Shown here: piece by piece, positions 1-13,274 of the stretch
How positions within the stretch are numbered: position 1 is the stretch's first letter
How the letters are laid out: each line of letters begins with the position of its first letter
Source: Isurus oxyrinchus
Lineage: Eukaryota
Assembly: GCA_026770705.1 (NCBI GenBank)
Contig: JANJGN010000049.1
Span: forward strand, 1,302,001 to 1,366,000
DNA length: 64,000 nt
Reading direction: 5' to 3'
Translations under genes and position numbers: made by a program
Notes under the pieces: model-generated
Database searches by the model: none
Told to the model about the DNA's origin: nothing
What the model saw: the letters and a program-made list of their open reading frames with translations, nothing else

Positions 1-379
1 GACACAATTGACTGCATATTACTGTTGCACGTCAATGGAAGGTTCTGCACCCGGTGTTCAGCTGTGTCCCAACTTCCAGAATCGCCATCAGTGCACACAT
101 AATAGCATGGTAACTGCAAACAGTTAGCGCCCAGGATGGGTTACAGAGCGTCATCCTGCCAAATGAGAGGTGAAGGGAGGCATGTCCGGTCTCTGAGGCT
201 GCAGATCATGACCCAAAATAAAATAAGGTCCAGCACGCTGAAGGGCCCCTTGGCACGGATCAGTGTCAACTAAACTATCAGATGGTCTCCCAAGTGCATC
301 TTTTGTATCTGATGAAGATTTGTGCATTTTCCAGTCTGGAAAGATAAGCCAATTTAATTTATGTCTAAAGTAAAAGTGA

Positions 380-2025
380 AATACTGTGGACGCTGGAAAT
401 CTGAAATTTAAAAACAAAATCAGGAAATACTTGAAAAAGCTCAGCAGGTCTGGCAGCATTTGTGGAGGTCGAATCAGAGAACGTTTCGAGATCCTGTGAC
501 TCTTCTTCAGAACTAAATAGCGGTAGAAATACGATGGGTTTTACACTGTTGAAGCGAGGGGGTGGAGCAAAGTAGAATCCGGAGATAGTGGGGATCACAA
601 GAGAGATTTGACAAAGATGCCATGTACAGAAGCCAATGGTAGTGCTAAAGACTAAGCCCGGTGCCAATAGTGGCATAAATGTCAGATAGCAGAATGTGAT
701 GACAGCAGAACAAGGTTCTGTGCTATGTGAAAGCAAAACATAGGAACACGTTAGAGACGGCCCTCATAAAAGGGCAGGTGGTGGGTGTGGTAACAGTATC
801 AAAATAGAGGGCAGAGTGCATGGTCTGAAGTTGTTGAACTCAATGTTAAATCCAGGAGCCTTTAAAGTGCCTAATCAGAAGATAAGGCTTACAATTAGGT
901 GCTTTACAGGCTTCTGGACTTAACACTAAGTTCATGGCTTCAGACCTGCATGTTGATTTCTTTCCCCAACCATATCCTCCCACAGGGCAAGTCTGTAACT
1001 TGTTCTTTTGCTTTGCTTTCACAGACGCTGACCTGTCAGTAACACATTCTGCCATCTGACCTTTACGTCAGCATTAACACCTACCTTAGACTTTATCACT
1101 ATCATTACCACTCTGTCTTAGGAACATAGTAACAGGAAAAGGCCATTCAGCCCGTCGAGCCTGCTTCGCCATTCAATATGATCATGGTTGAACGAACAGT
1201 TCAATGGCTTTTACCCACACTTTCTTCACAACATTTTATGTTATTATTAATGAGAAATCTGTCAATCTCTACCTTAAGCATATGGAATTGCTATGGTTTC
1301 ACGACCCGCTGGGGTAGAGAAATCCAAAGATTTCCAACCCTCTGAACAAAGAAATTTTCCCTCATCTCATTCCTAAGCGGCATCCCCCTAATTTCGAATT
1401 TGTGACCGCTGGTTCTACGCTCAACAACCAGGGAAATATCTTATCTGCATCTACCCTGTCTATACATTTAAGAATTTTGTAGGTTTCAATGAAATCACCT
1501 CTCATTCTTCGAAACTCTAGAGAATACAAGCCCAGTTTCCTCAACCTCTCTTCATCAGACAGTCCCCCCAACCCAGGAGGAAGCCTGGCGAATCTTCGTT
1601 GCACTCCCTCTATGGCAATAATACCCATCCTAAGGTAAGCGGACCAAAACTGCAAACAGCACTCTAGTTGCGGTCTAACCAAGCTTCTATACAATTGAAG
1701 CAAGACTTCAATACTTCTGCACTCATATTCTCTTATGGTAAAGGTCGACATTCCATTAGCCTTCCTATGTGTTTGCTGCACCTGTATGTGTTGTGTGCAT
1801 GGCATTTTGTCATTTCTCGTCTGAGCTCCCAGCTATCCCTGACCTTCTATTTTGCTCCACCTGTCCCACCCCTCTCTTCCGCAGTGGAAACAAACACATT
1901 ACTACCTCTCTTCACCTCTGAAGAAGAGTCATACGGACCACAAACGTTAACACTGTTTCTCTCTTCACTGATGCTACCAGACGTACAGAGATTTTCCAGC
2001 TTTTTCAGTTCTCATATTAATTTTG
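380..2025. mobile_element. Old palindromic Penelope-derived element interrupted by a CR1 LINE
   Basis: Left arm (minus, 380-888) and right arm (plus, 889-1120 and about 1810-2025) each carry the GIY-YIG C-terminal remnant and the CTGAAGAAGAGTC..AAACGTT pLTR motif. Confidence 0.7.
1121..1790 (-). mobile_element. CR1 LINE 3' fragment
   Basis: LQLYRSLVRPQLECCLQFWS..IEGVQRRFARL..LGLYSLEFRRMRGDFIETYKIL plus the typical 3' UTR. Confidence 0.9.
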
Positions 2026-2059
2026 GCTAATCTCCACCAATCGTGTAAATCTGCATAGG

Positions 2060-3395
2060 TGGCAGAATTTTAAAACATCAATAAGTCTCTCACTTTCTGT
2101 CAATGATCTGTCAACATTTATCGCATATTTCCATCCATAGATGTCTGCGCCATCGGAGCGAGGGAAATGGGTTTTATCAAGAGGAAAGCTTCCCCCAGGT
2201 TCGATGAGGCCAGTCTCGATCCCCACCTGCATGCAGCATGTGATCGAGGTGATCGGCTCATGCCCAGTGGTGGGAAGACGGGAAGCCCAAGCAGACTCGT
2301 GCTTCATGGGAGGAGGTGGTCCACGAGGTCAACGGTGCTAACGTGGCAATGAGAACTTGCCCCAGTACCACAAAAAACTCAATGGCGTCATGAGATCAGT
2401 TGCAGGTAGATACATCTGTGCCTGTAAACCCTTGGGGCGGCATAAGCTCCTCTGCACCGCCTCTGAGGGGGCTGAATTTTACGCTCCCAGATTGGAGGCG
2501 TTTATTGCTTGATTGATCATATGAGGGGGCGTGATGACGTCTGACACTGTTTATGACGTCACCAAGCCGGTTTCCGGGAGCACTGCACCCGGCGGGTCAA
2601 AATTCGGGACCCCACCCGCATCACTGAAATATGAATGTAAAAGGCAATTCAGCCGTTAACTACCCATCTCACTGCTATAATGCGGTCAGGAGGCAATTTT
2701 ACGCTTTCAGGGCCAGGCTTTGCACAGTTGGGAAAACCTTTCTTTTTAAGATGATACTTGTTTGGGCGGGTTTTAAAGCTGCAGCACCTCAGCTTTACAG
2801 TTCAAATTCTATTGACTTCAGGAAGTGCTCATTTGAGTGAAGAGGGAAACCTTTGGGATATTTGACATGAGGAGAACTCTCCTCTAATGCAGAGGCGCCT
2901 TTTGATGTAATATTTTCAGTCCATTAACAAGGGGTGTGGGGTGAAAAGTGTCAAAGACAGATGCGGATTATTGCCTCAGTTAGTGAGTCAACCTCCAGTG
3001 AGGAGGAGGAGAGAAGGAATAGGAGGAGGAGGGGAGATGGAGAACAGAACACGGGGAGGTTCAGGTTGCTGTAGTTCCGTGAAGGAACTAGACCAGGGCT
3101 GGACCACAACGGTCAGAAATAACCCAAAATACTTAGCGAAGGCATAGGCAAACCTCTGCCTCCCCAAGTGTGTAAGGCTGAGATTTAACTACCCGCATCA
3201 GATCTCACGAAGTCGTTGATCCTTTTATGGCACTGGGCCAAGTCCTCCTCACCAGGTAAACACTGTTGACCCCATCGGTCATCTCCAATGCAGCATGATT
3301 CTGCGTGGGCTTCATCCTTTTCCCAGCGCTCGACATAAACTGACCACATCTATCATATCTGCACAGAGAAGGGCATTAAGGGTGGCCTCGATGAA
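2060..3395 (-). mobile_element. PIF/Harbinger-like DNA transposon remnants
   Basis: Myb/SANT-like fragment (VNSV..VRRTW/QCHKRINDFVRS, about 3280-3200), PRVYRHRCIYLQL (about 2440-2400) and a GGGGCTGAATTTT terminus-like motif at 2468. Confidence 0.5.
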
Positions 3396-3399
3396 GGGG

Positions 3400-3750
3400 A
3401 GGCGGTAGCATAGTGGTCCTGCAGTTGCCCCCGTGTAATGCTCTGGAGACTCTGCTTAAAATCCTGCGGGGCCGATGGTGAAATTTGTATTCAATAAAGA
3501 AAATCTGAAATTATATGCCTCAAGGTGACCATGAAGCCATTGCTGATTGCTGTAAAAACCCATGTGATTCACTAATGTCCTTTAGGGGAGCAGATCTGCT
3601 GTCCTTGCCTGGTCTGGCCTACATGTGACCCCAGACCCATAGCAATGCGTTTGACTCTTAAATTCCCCCTGAACAAGGGCAATTAGGGTTCAGCAATCAA
3701 TGCTTGCATAGCCACTGACTTCCACACCCCATGAAGGTGTAAAAATAAAA
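3400..3750 (+). mobile_element. tRNA-derived SINE (SacSINE1/DeuSINE-like)
   Basis: tRNA-like head, central domain (GTAAAAACCCAT..TTCACTAATGTCCTTTAGGG), LINE-derived tail AAGGGCAATTAGGG and an A-rich end. Partial copies lie near 4580-4905(-), 54745-54875(-) and 55060-55220(-). Confidence 0.7.
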
Positions 3751-3934
3751 CAGGGGGCAGCTTTGCCCCTTCTAGAACGCCTCTCCTCTCCCTGCGATGG
3801 GGCAGATATCTATGCATGGAAACATGTGATAAACGTCCAGCTCCCCAATGATAAATGGTGGGAGACTTGCTGATCCCTGAAAGTTCTGCCATTTATGAAA
3901 AATAACGTAATTGATAGAGATTATCTAAAGTATA

Positions 3935-4440
3935 TAAGAAAACAAAAAATGCTGCAAACACTCAGCCAGCCTGGCAGTTTCTGTAGAGACAGAAAGAGAG
4001 TTAACTGTTCAGGCCCAACCAACTATTCAGAGCTGAATAGAGGTAGAAATGTGGTTAGTTTTACGTTGTTGAAGAGAGTGGGTGAAGCACGTGGAACAAA
4101 ATAGAAGGTCTGGAATAACAGGGAGATCAGCTGAGATTTGTCAAAGGTGTCATGGACTCAAAACAACGAAGATAGTAATGATAGTGTTAAAGTGCTGTTC
4201 CTTTCGGTTGGATTGGGGAACTGGAGGAACAACACCTCATCTTCCGATTCAGCACTTTGCAGCCTTCTGGATCCAACACTGAATTCAAGAAGTTCAGATT
4301 ATAAACTCTGTCATGCTCAACCCACCTCCTCCCACAGGGCCAAACTGTAACTTGTTCTTATGTTTTGATTTTAGAGAGTACTGATCCTTGTTGTGCTTTT
4401 AGCAAATTCTGCTACCTGACTATTATGCCACTGTTAGGAG
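3935..4440. mobile_element. Old Penelope fragment with inverted pLTR
   Basis: Minus-strand pLTR arm followed by the plus-strand LEEQHLIFRFSTLQPSGSNTEFKKF remnant. Confidence 0.65.
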
Positions 4441-6754
4441 CTGATGAAGGTTTAAAATACATAACTGCCATCCTCGTTGTCTTGCTACATGACATTTTCA
4501 TCATCTCCGCTACATAATTGGATGCCAGGTGTTCCAGCCTGTTGTATTCCCTTTTCACTTTCTTGTAACAGCTTGATCCGACTTCATGGTTTCCTGGGTC
4601 ACTTCAGAGGGAATTTCAGATTCAACCACATTGCTGTGGATTTGAAGCTGCATCTAGGTCAGAACAGGTATGGACGGTTAATTCCCTCCCTTACATAACA
4701 TTACATAACCAGAAGTTTTCTTTTTATGGCAATACTGACATAAGTACGGAGATGAGTTTCAATTATTTTTTCTGTTTATTAAATAATTGAATTGAAATTC
4801 CACCAGCCACCTGTGGTGGGCTTTGACCCCGTGCTCCCTAAGCATCAGTATGGCGTTCGGTATTAATGGTTCACTTTTTTACATTTCCACTCCACCACCA
4901 TTTCCCCAAATCCCAGTGACTCGAGACACCAAACCAGATTCATTGTGCTTTGTGACAGGGTGGTGAGCGTTTGTGTTTCTATCTTATTTTGTAGCCCAGT
5001 CATTGCCTTATTGTAAGGTTTGAGCTGAAATTTTTGACGTGAAGCGCCTTGAGCAACTTAAAGGTTCTGAATAGGGTGAGTTGGTGACACCTGTCACAGA
5101 AATTGAACGAATAAAAATTAAAATGATTGTTATTTGATAGAAAATGCTATAATAGTCTGTTTTAGGTTTTTCAAAAGTTTTCTTTGTGAGAATGGTAACA
5201 CTGATTAAGACAATTTTTCAATTACATCATTTAACATTAAGGGAACAGGGCAGTTGTTCCCTTAGGAGTTCTTTAGAAAAATGACGAAGTCAACCAGATC
5301 TTCTCATGAACGCCTTTAAGGCAAGAAGTGCTCATTTCTGAGTAATCTTTACATGGTGTAACCATAAAATCGCCTTACTCAATGAAATTATTAGATATGA
5401 ATGAAATCAATAGCAATATTGCCAAAAAAAAATTCAATCACTCTTAACTCCAGCAATGGTGGGGGCAAATAAATGACAATAAATGATTGTGTTTTTTTTT
5501 CCACAATAAAATCACACCCTCTGCTGTTGTATTATATGATCTGAAATGAATGATTATTTACAGGACCGGGAATTAAGTAATGGAAAATCACGGGAAAGTG
5601 TGGTAAATTGCTGGATCAGGAACCCACGCATTAACAACGTGGAAATACTTGGAACCTCTGTGACAACATTACAAATTGAAAGGTAGATATTCCAATCATC
5701 GAAGACTAAAGGAAATCATACCGAAATCAGGGAAAAGATAAGCCAGAGACATTCATGGATAAATATATAAAATTAAAGAATAGAAAATATATGACAGTGC
5801 TCTTTCAGGATGCAGTGTACAAAGGGGAATATCCAGCAACTCTATCTATCAGGAAAATCAGGGATTGTATCAGAGATTATGTCAGAGCTTGTGCAAGAGA
5901 GCATGTACTGGAGTTCCATCTATCAGGAGATCAGAGATTGGGGAATAGAGGATGTCCAGGAGTTCCATCTATCGGGAAGCGGTCGAGGTCGCAGCTGGAG
6001 GAGTTCTATGCGTCTGGACCAGGTGAGTTTTTTCATCCATACCTGCCCCACCCCTCCTAAATTTAAATTCGTTTCAAAATGGAACAGAATAGTTCTACTG
6101 GTTTCAATTGATTTGAAGTGAGGACGGAATAATAACATTATAGGAAGTCATAGGGTATGTAAAAATTGTGCATTGTTTGGTACAACGCAATTATTTGAAA
6201 GACTTGAATGACAATGTACCCAAGCAGTCGCAAATCTCTAGGGCATAATGAGGGGTGAGAGATGACAGTTCTGAAAAGACTTAACAGGATTTGTTTTTCA
6301 TTAGAGGTCTGGAACTGATAAAGGTGAAAAAATGGACATTCAATATCTATAAGGTTTTTAAGAAAGAAAACAAATGTGGTTTGGTTTCTCTGATCTGCTA
6401 CGGGAGGGAAGCTTCGTGCCACTGTTCAGGATAATTTAATGCAATATTAAGATCAAATAATTTTAGGGTCTGGGGGTTGATGAAATGGTTGTGGAGATGT
6501 GTTAACAGAGGATCAACTGAATCTGTTATTAGTCAGAGTGCATGAATTAATTTAACAAAAGAGATTTAGGTTAGTTGGTTTTGGGAAGCAGGACATTCAA
6601 AGGTTTCATTCGAGAAATTGCCTTAGGTTCCATGGTGCTCTTGTGGTTGTGGAGCCACTGAGAGGACATGTTCGATTCTCGGTCAGCTGAGCGCAACTCG
6701 GCTCAAGAAGATATTTGGAATCTTTCTCTTTGTTAGACGAAGCATATAATGTAA

Positions 6755-7335
6755 GATAGAAGGGTAAATACTCGAACTGTATAAAGCATTCTTTAGGCCA
6801 CAAGTTGAGAACTGTGTGCAGTTCGGGCCACGTCATTGCAGAAAGGGTATAATTGCACTAGAGAGAGTCCAGGGGAGATTTATGAGGATGTTGTGAAGAC
6901 TCTAAAACATGCAACTAAGAGGAAATGTTTGATAGGCTAAGATTTTTCTCAATGAAACAAGGAAGGCTGAGGGGAGGTTTGATTGAGATGTACAAAATTG
7001 TGCAGGATCTTGATAGAGTGCATAGGGAGAGCATATTTACCTTAGCAGAGAGCTAAGTGACGAGAGGACGTACCTTTGAAGCAATTGGCAGAAGGATTAG
7101 AGGGGAGTATAATGAATTTCTAAAACCAGAGGTTAGTGGTGATATGGAAATCACTGTCTGAAAGGGTAGTAGATGCAAGGGCCCTCAATTCATTTGAATG
7201 GTGCCTGGATATGCACATCAAGCACTGTAACCTGCAGGGCTACGGGCCAAATGCTGGGAAGTGGGATTAGGATGGATGGCTCATTTTTTTGGCCGGAGCA
7301 AACACGATTTCTGTGCTATAAATTTTCTGCGATTT
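6755..7335 (+). mobile_element. CR1 LINE 3' fragment
   Basis: Decayed LYK-L-RPQ-E-CVQF / LERVQ-RF / RLRG-LIEMYKI motifs and 3' UTR. Confidence 0.8.
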
Positions 7336-7999
7336 GATGAAAAATACTAGTTTTTGAGCAGAAACATGCTGTTCTTTCATGCTTGTCCCATTGATGCCAG
7401 GCTCGTCAAGGCCAAATACATCTTGTGATAAATAGGCAATTTGACTTTCTAATATTGTGCATTTTGATTGATAGGTACAAACATGTTAATGAGAATAATT
7501 CTATTATTTTATTGGGACCAACTGATTTGCTCTCACGGGGCCTGTGGGACCACATTGTTTCCTTCGATGTTATATCAATTTTATTCCATGACAAAATTAC
7601 AACATGGATTTCCAATTCAGCATTGGAAATGCAGCGTTTCCCCTTAGTTTTGGTAAATTCACGGGGGTAGAATGACTTGCTTCAAGATTGTGTATCTCTA
7701 ACTCTGAGGCAGTGAAGCGCAAAGTCTTCCCACTTGTCTGTATTGAAGAGGGAATAAGAAGTACATTCTAATCGAAGAGGCACAGGGGGGAAGGAGAGGA
7801 GGAGAGCGGCGTTGGGGGGCGGGGGGTGGCGGGGAACGTGGTGTTGCAGTTGGGCGGGGAGGAGTTCGTGGAAGGGGAAAGGCTGCTCTGTTGCTTCTGT
7901 GCAGTGGTGCCCTCAAGAGATTCGACACTTCAACCTAGCGATGTAGCGATGATTGAAATTTCCCTTATTATCCAAAACTCGCTCATTATTTTCACAGAA

Positions 8000-8350
8000 T
8001 CACAGAATAACACAAAGCAGAACAGGCCTTTCGGCACATAGAGTCTGCACCGACATGAGATACAACTGACCAACCTACTTAATCCCATTTTCCAGCACTT
8101 ATCCCATAGCCTTGAATGCTATGACGTGCCAAGTGCTCATGCATGTACTTTTTAAAGGCTGTTAGGCAACTCGCCTCCACCACACTCCCAGGTAGTGCAT
8201 TCCAGATCGTCACCACACTATAGGTAAAAAGGTTTTTCCACACAACCTCCACCCGTCCCCCCCTAAACCTCCTGCCCTTCACCTTGAACTCATGTCCCCT
8301 CGTGACTCACCTTTCAACTAAGGGGAACAGCTACTCCCTATTCACCTTGG
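8000..8350 (-). mobile_element. CR1 LINE 3' end
   Basis: FTYSVVTIWNALPGSVVEASCLTAFKKYMHEHL. Confidence 0.8.
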
Positions 8351-8776
8351 TTTGTTTGTATAATATAATGTCCAGAACTAAGAAAGGAAAATGTCGATGA
8401 AGGTTCCCCAGAATCATTGGGCACCTTAGGGCAGAGATTCAGTTTCAATATAGGAATGCAAATAATTCAGGTTACTTCAAGGGACGAGAAAGCATAAGTT
8501 TCATGCTAAAGCTGAGAAATATTGATGCTGGCAGTTTAATCGCTTTCTAATTGAACATAATTTAAGCAATCGAACCCCATTCGTTTGAAAGACTCGGTTA
8601 CAATTCGCATGCAGAGGAAGAAACAATCATCGGCATCTTAAATATACAACAGGTTATTCTCACTTTGGTTATTGTTCGAGAAAATTAAAAAGCAATTCTA
8701 AAATGTATAATTCCTGCTGTTTACAATGTCACAAATAGTTAGCCAGGAAATTAAAACTTCGTGCCGGTCAGATACA

Positions 8777-8782
8777 TTTATT
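8777..8782 (-). terminator. Polyadenylation signal of the VJ-C1 gene
   Basis: AATAAA about 80 nt downstream of the ancestral C1 stop codon. Confidence 0.6.
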
Positions 8783-8859
8783 AAATCTGCCGAGATTACC
8801 GCCACGTTTCGCTTTGAAATTAAACTCAGGAGTTATTGCCTTGAGCTAATAGCCGGTCT

Positions 8860-9184
8860 TTAGCGATTGCAGGTGTCCAGGCTGATGGATTTCTGAACGA
8901 AAGTGTCCTGAGACTTGTATCTGAACAGACACGAGTAGTGATCCTTCGATTTCCAAGAGCTGACAGGGACCCTCAGCTGATGCTGTAGCTGTTGTCAGCC
9001 TCAAGATTAGGTAGATTTGTGGACACTCCGCTCTGCGTCTCAATGCCCCGCACTTTCCACAGAATGTCCACGAAAGCTGGGTAGAAGCCCCGAGTCAGAC
9101 AGCTCAGGGTCACTGTTTCAGCTGAACTTAGTTCCTGGCGCGAAGGCGGAAACAATTCCAGTGATGGCACCTGTAGTTGACGAT
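8860..9184 (-). CDS. Ig C1-set constant exon, light-chain type, frameshifted near 8975
   Basis: Phase-1 acceptor TTGCAG. Reads DRQLQVPSLELFPPSRQELSSAETVTLSCLTRGFYPAFVDILWKV...DNSYSIS then TGA at 8975-8973. The shifted frame continues LRVPVSSWKSKDHYSCLFRYKSQDTFVQKSISLDTCNR*, ending in a light-chain-like terminal Cys with no TM segment. Confidence 0.9.
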
Positions 9185-12100
9185 CTGCAACAGATGGTAC
9201 ATAGATGACATGGACTGTCACTGTAAGAGGCATTATTATTGTAGCTTAACGGTATGGTTATCATAGAACCCTCGGAAAATACCGCACAGAATGAGGCGTC
9301 CATCAGTGCCTCTGCCGGCTTTTCAAATAATTATTCATCTTGTCTCAGTCATGTACCCTTTTCCCTTAGCCCCGTAATAGTGTCCACTCAAATATACATC
9401 CCATTCCCGTTTGAAAGTTATTATTGAATCTGTTTTCACCGTCCTCCCATCCGTGCCCTCCAGATCACAACAAACCGTTGCATAAAAAGAAAAAGAAATC
9501 CCGCATGGCCGCTCTGGTTCTTCTTCCATTCGCTTTATATCTGTATTCCGTGAATACCGACTTTCCTGTCGCTATTGAAGTCCTTAATGGTTTGAATACC
9601 TGCATTAAGTTACCCCATAAACGTCGCTGCTCTAAGGAAACAACCCCAGGATTTACAGTCTGTCCACAGAACTCCCGTCCTGCTTCTCTGGTGGGCTTAG
9701 TTATGGGCTTATGATCACACCATTACAATTTCAGGAATTGAATTCAATTGCGCTGGAGGCAAACAAGCTTCCGGATTGTTGTAATAAGCAAGTGGCTCAC
9801 AGGAAATGGACCAACCCCATTCCTACCCGCCGTGTCGACATGTGACTCAGTCCCACACTGCATAGGTAAATTTTGGTTCATTGAGGGCGAATACTAATAG
9901 GCCACCTTCGCTCTGTAGCCCACTATGTTCAAAACTAAATTATTTTAAAATGCTACGACGCCATTATTTACTATCACCGCGTAACATTTTCGCCAATATC
10001 TTTTAGTTTTCACAATAGTTTGATGGAAAATTCCTCGAATTGCTTGGTGTGAACAATTTGCTAAATAAAAGGGGAACTTTCCATTTTCTGTTATATATTG
10101 GGGAACTCCCAAACAGATATTCCAAATATCTGCCAGCAATACAAACAAGCAGAGTCATCGCCGCTGTCACATTTATTTGTTCTACAAAACGTATTCCACC
10201 TAATGTGCTTCTGATTCTGCTCCACTCCAGTTGAAAGCGCAGCCGTTCGGTGTGTTGTAGATCAGTGCACACTAAGCCTTGTGCATTTTTGTAAAAATGG
10301 ATTCGTGTAATATCCTCAGCTGCTATCTTTTATTCAGGAGGAACGCCTTTATTTTTTTGTAAACGTACCTACAGCCAGTGGCCAAAATGTGAATCATTAA
10401 AAGAAGCATTGCCTGTATTTATTTTCCCTGAAATTGATTACATTGTATTTCTCTATCGCGGAAAATTAGATCATTTCTAATCTGCAACTCCGACATTCAA
10501 ACCGACAAATACAGCACTTTATTGTTGGAAAGATCGAAACCTTTGCACTAACCACATTAAAATTATCATGCGCCAACTTTAAAAAACTAACCAGAAGTGA
10601 GATCTCCAGCGCAAGATCCAACTGATTGACCTACACTTCAGTATCAAAATGTCTTGCAATGATTTTGGCTATAAATTCGCCCCAGGCGGCGGAACAATAC
10701 AGACGGCATTGATTCTACCGGCCTTTCTACACAGCGCCTAATATTCTTGTCGATGCAGTTAGTGGAGCTGAGTATCGGGAGCTGTTTGAATGATGGCCGA
10801 CAATGACTATTTTCTTGCACTTATCAGTAGCATGAGGAACAACTGAAAGAAAAATAAAATTTCAGCAATATTATAAATGCTTTGAACTGTGGGGGAAGTA
10901 ATTGCACGGGTCACTTTTTGAATTAAAATAGGAAATGCACCCCAGAATATGTTCCCTGCTTTGCATTCAAAGACAAGTTGGGCATTCACTGGGCTTTGAA
11001 TTGCCATGGATCGAAGGAAAAGGCATCTATATCCCATCTATATCCCACCACCCTGCACTGAAATGAGAGCAATTCTTCCCAGTCGGAACAAATAACAATC
11101 GGTGGCAATTTGAAACCTTTTTTTTCTTTTCGGAATCATTGTCCTTTTCTGAAATTAATTCTATTGATGATGATGTTCATACGTGGAACATTGAACATTC
11201 TTATTTGAACGTTTCTTTGCCTCGGAGCTCCGCTCTAAACTAATGGTTTATGGTTTAAAATAAAATAATACATGGCAGCTCCAAACTAAATACCTTTTTT
11301 TCTCAATATTGTACTGTAGGAAATATAAACCCACAACTTTCTGACTCAAACGCCAGAGTGCTACCACTAAACCATGGCTGACACAACAGAAATGATACCA
11401 AGAGGAAGTGTAACGGCCCTCTGTGTAAACATTAACATCATACTCAGTGTTCCATTCCAATAATATCACAATTAAATTATTTCATTCTTACACTGTCCCA
11501 CTGTCTTAACCTGCAACTTAAAGTGCAATAACGTCTAGGTTTTTTCTTTAATAAATACTGATTGACACGAATGAGCTTTTCCAATGATCATGGCAGAGGT
11601 CTGCAGTTTCATTTAATATTTGCCACGAAGGTCAATGTTCTCGATGAGCTTATACCAGAAAAATGGCGCCGAAATACAAGTTCAGAACAGAAGTAAAAAA
11701 TGAAATTTTAAATCCTATAACTTACTGACAACTAATGTTTTTTTTAATTATGCTTCATGCTTAACATGTCTGGATATTTAGACATTGAATTATACGGTTT
11801 GCCAATAAATTAAAGATCGGGTGATTTAATATTTGGTAGCTGTACCTGTTCAGATTTAAAGATTCTATTGTTCTGATCAATTTCGGTTTATTCTATGGTA
11901 TACGCTTTTAGTTATTCGAGCCAATGCATTAATATGGAAGTGACGGAAAATACATTCATTGAAGGAATTGTGATTGTTGGTTATGCACCGTTCAGCCATA
12001 AAACAATAACTGCCCCCTCACGCCGCTGGCACTACGCCCCAGAGCAATAATGCATATGGCTGTGTGAGCATAAATAAATGTAGAATTGAAGAGTGGTGGT

Positions 12101-12792
12101 AATAAGATAGATTGCTCAGGCGTTGAGGAAATAAATATCCTGTAACAGCAAGTGTCACTCAATGTTAAAATATGGTCCAGTTTTAACCAGTTTCACACGG
12201 CAATACCAACTAGCTCCCAGAAATAACAAAGATCGTCCAATAATAATGAATAGAGATTAGCACCATCAAACATCGCCTACTATTCACCACAATGCACGGT
12301 AAGGATAGGTATCCGCCTTGGCAGTGGCGCAAATCAGGCCGTATCGGTGAGGCCGCTGGATCAGTGCAGCCCCTGACATTTAGTTCCATTGGCTACAAGG
12401 CAACTGACTATTGGCCGCTGGGAAAAAGGCGCGGCCTATCTGATACAGTCCGTTTCCGCCACCACCTAAGGCGATTTTTACCCCATGGAATCCAAAGAAT
12501 TTCGGACACTCTGTTTCGTATCCCGCGAAGTTGAGAATGCTCCTGCATTCCTGACAATAATTTTTATTGGAGCAACATTAACGCTTAGCCTCGTCTCAGC
12601 TGAACGATCACCGAGTTCACCTTTTTTCAACTAATAAAATACCAACGGCCAGTATGTTAAGCACTAAAGGAAATGTCATTGCCGTCGTGTCGGGCTTGTG
12701 AAGTTTTTTCACAATGACTGTTGCAACATTGTGTAATATTTTGCAATCTAAAATCTTCCCTCAACACAAGCACGGTCTTAATATTTACTTAC

Positions 12793-13150
12793 CCACTACG
12801 TGTAAATCTGTACCTTTGCCAAAATACTGTCCAGAATCAAAAAACGAGCAGTAGTAGACAGCCGAGTCCTTCAGCTCCACGTGATTGACGGTGAGGGAGA
12901 AACTGTTCTTTGCGTCGTCTCTAGAATGGGCGAAGCGGTCGGTGAACCCTGAGCCTCGGAGCAGGGCGCCTCCATCATTGGTGCTTCTATGGGTCAGGAT
13001 CCATACCGGTGTCTTCCCCGGCGTCTGTCGGAACCAACGGAGCCATCTATTCCCCATATCTCTGTTCTTTACTGAGCAGCTTAAGGTGACGGACCCTCCT
13101 GGGACGGCAGAGGCAGTTTCGGCTTGGAGCAGTTCGGGAAGTGTAAGAAT
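12793..13150 (-). CDS. Germline-joined VJ exon (Ig V-set domain with FGxG J motif)
   Basis: ILTLPELLQAETASAVPGGSVTLSCSVKNRDMGNRWLRWFRQTPGKTPVWILTHRSTNDGGALLRGSGFTDRFAHSRDDAKNSFSLTVNHVELKDSAVYYCSFFDSGQYFGKGTDLHVV. Canonical Cys/Trp/Cys; acceptor TTACAG and donor GTAAGT. At 358 nt it is out of frame with the phase-1 leader. Confidence 0.92.
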
Positions 13151-13274
13151 CTGTAAGAATCAGAGTAAAAGTCATGAGTTCAGGCCTAAGGTTAAGTATA
13201 AAGGCAGCATGGAACGTTTTGGGTCAATACACTTTTAAATCTTTACAGCAAAATCAGCTCAACGTTATACTCAC

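Noticed and set aside
5755-6121. Overlapping 100-aa ORFs ending near a GGTGAG donor-like site, with an internal GGAGTTCCATCTATC duplication
   Set aside because: No recognisable domain, acceptor or partner exons.
10110-10272. GDDSACLYCWQIFG motif (minus strand) in the J-C intron resembling a V F-strand
   Set aside because: No B-strand Cys, Trp motif or splice sites in register; could be chance.
11330-11380. tRNA-like sequence on the minus strand
   Set aside because: Only the 5' portion is present and no full cloverleaf forms; better explained as a SINE head.
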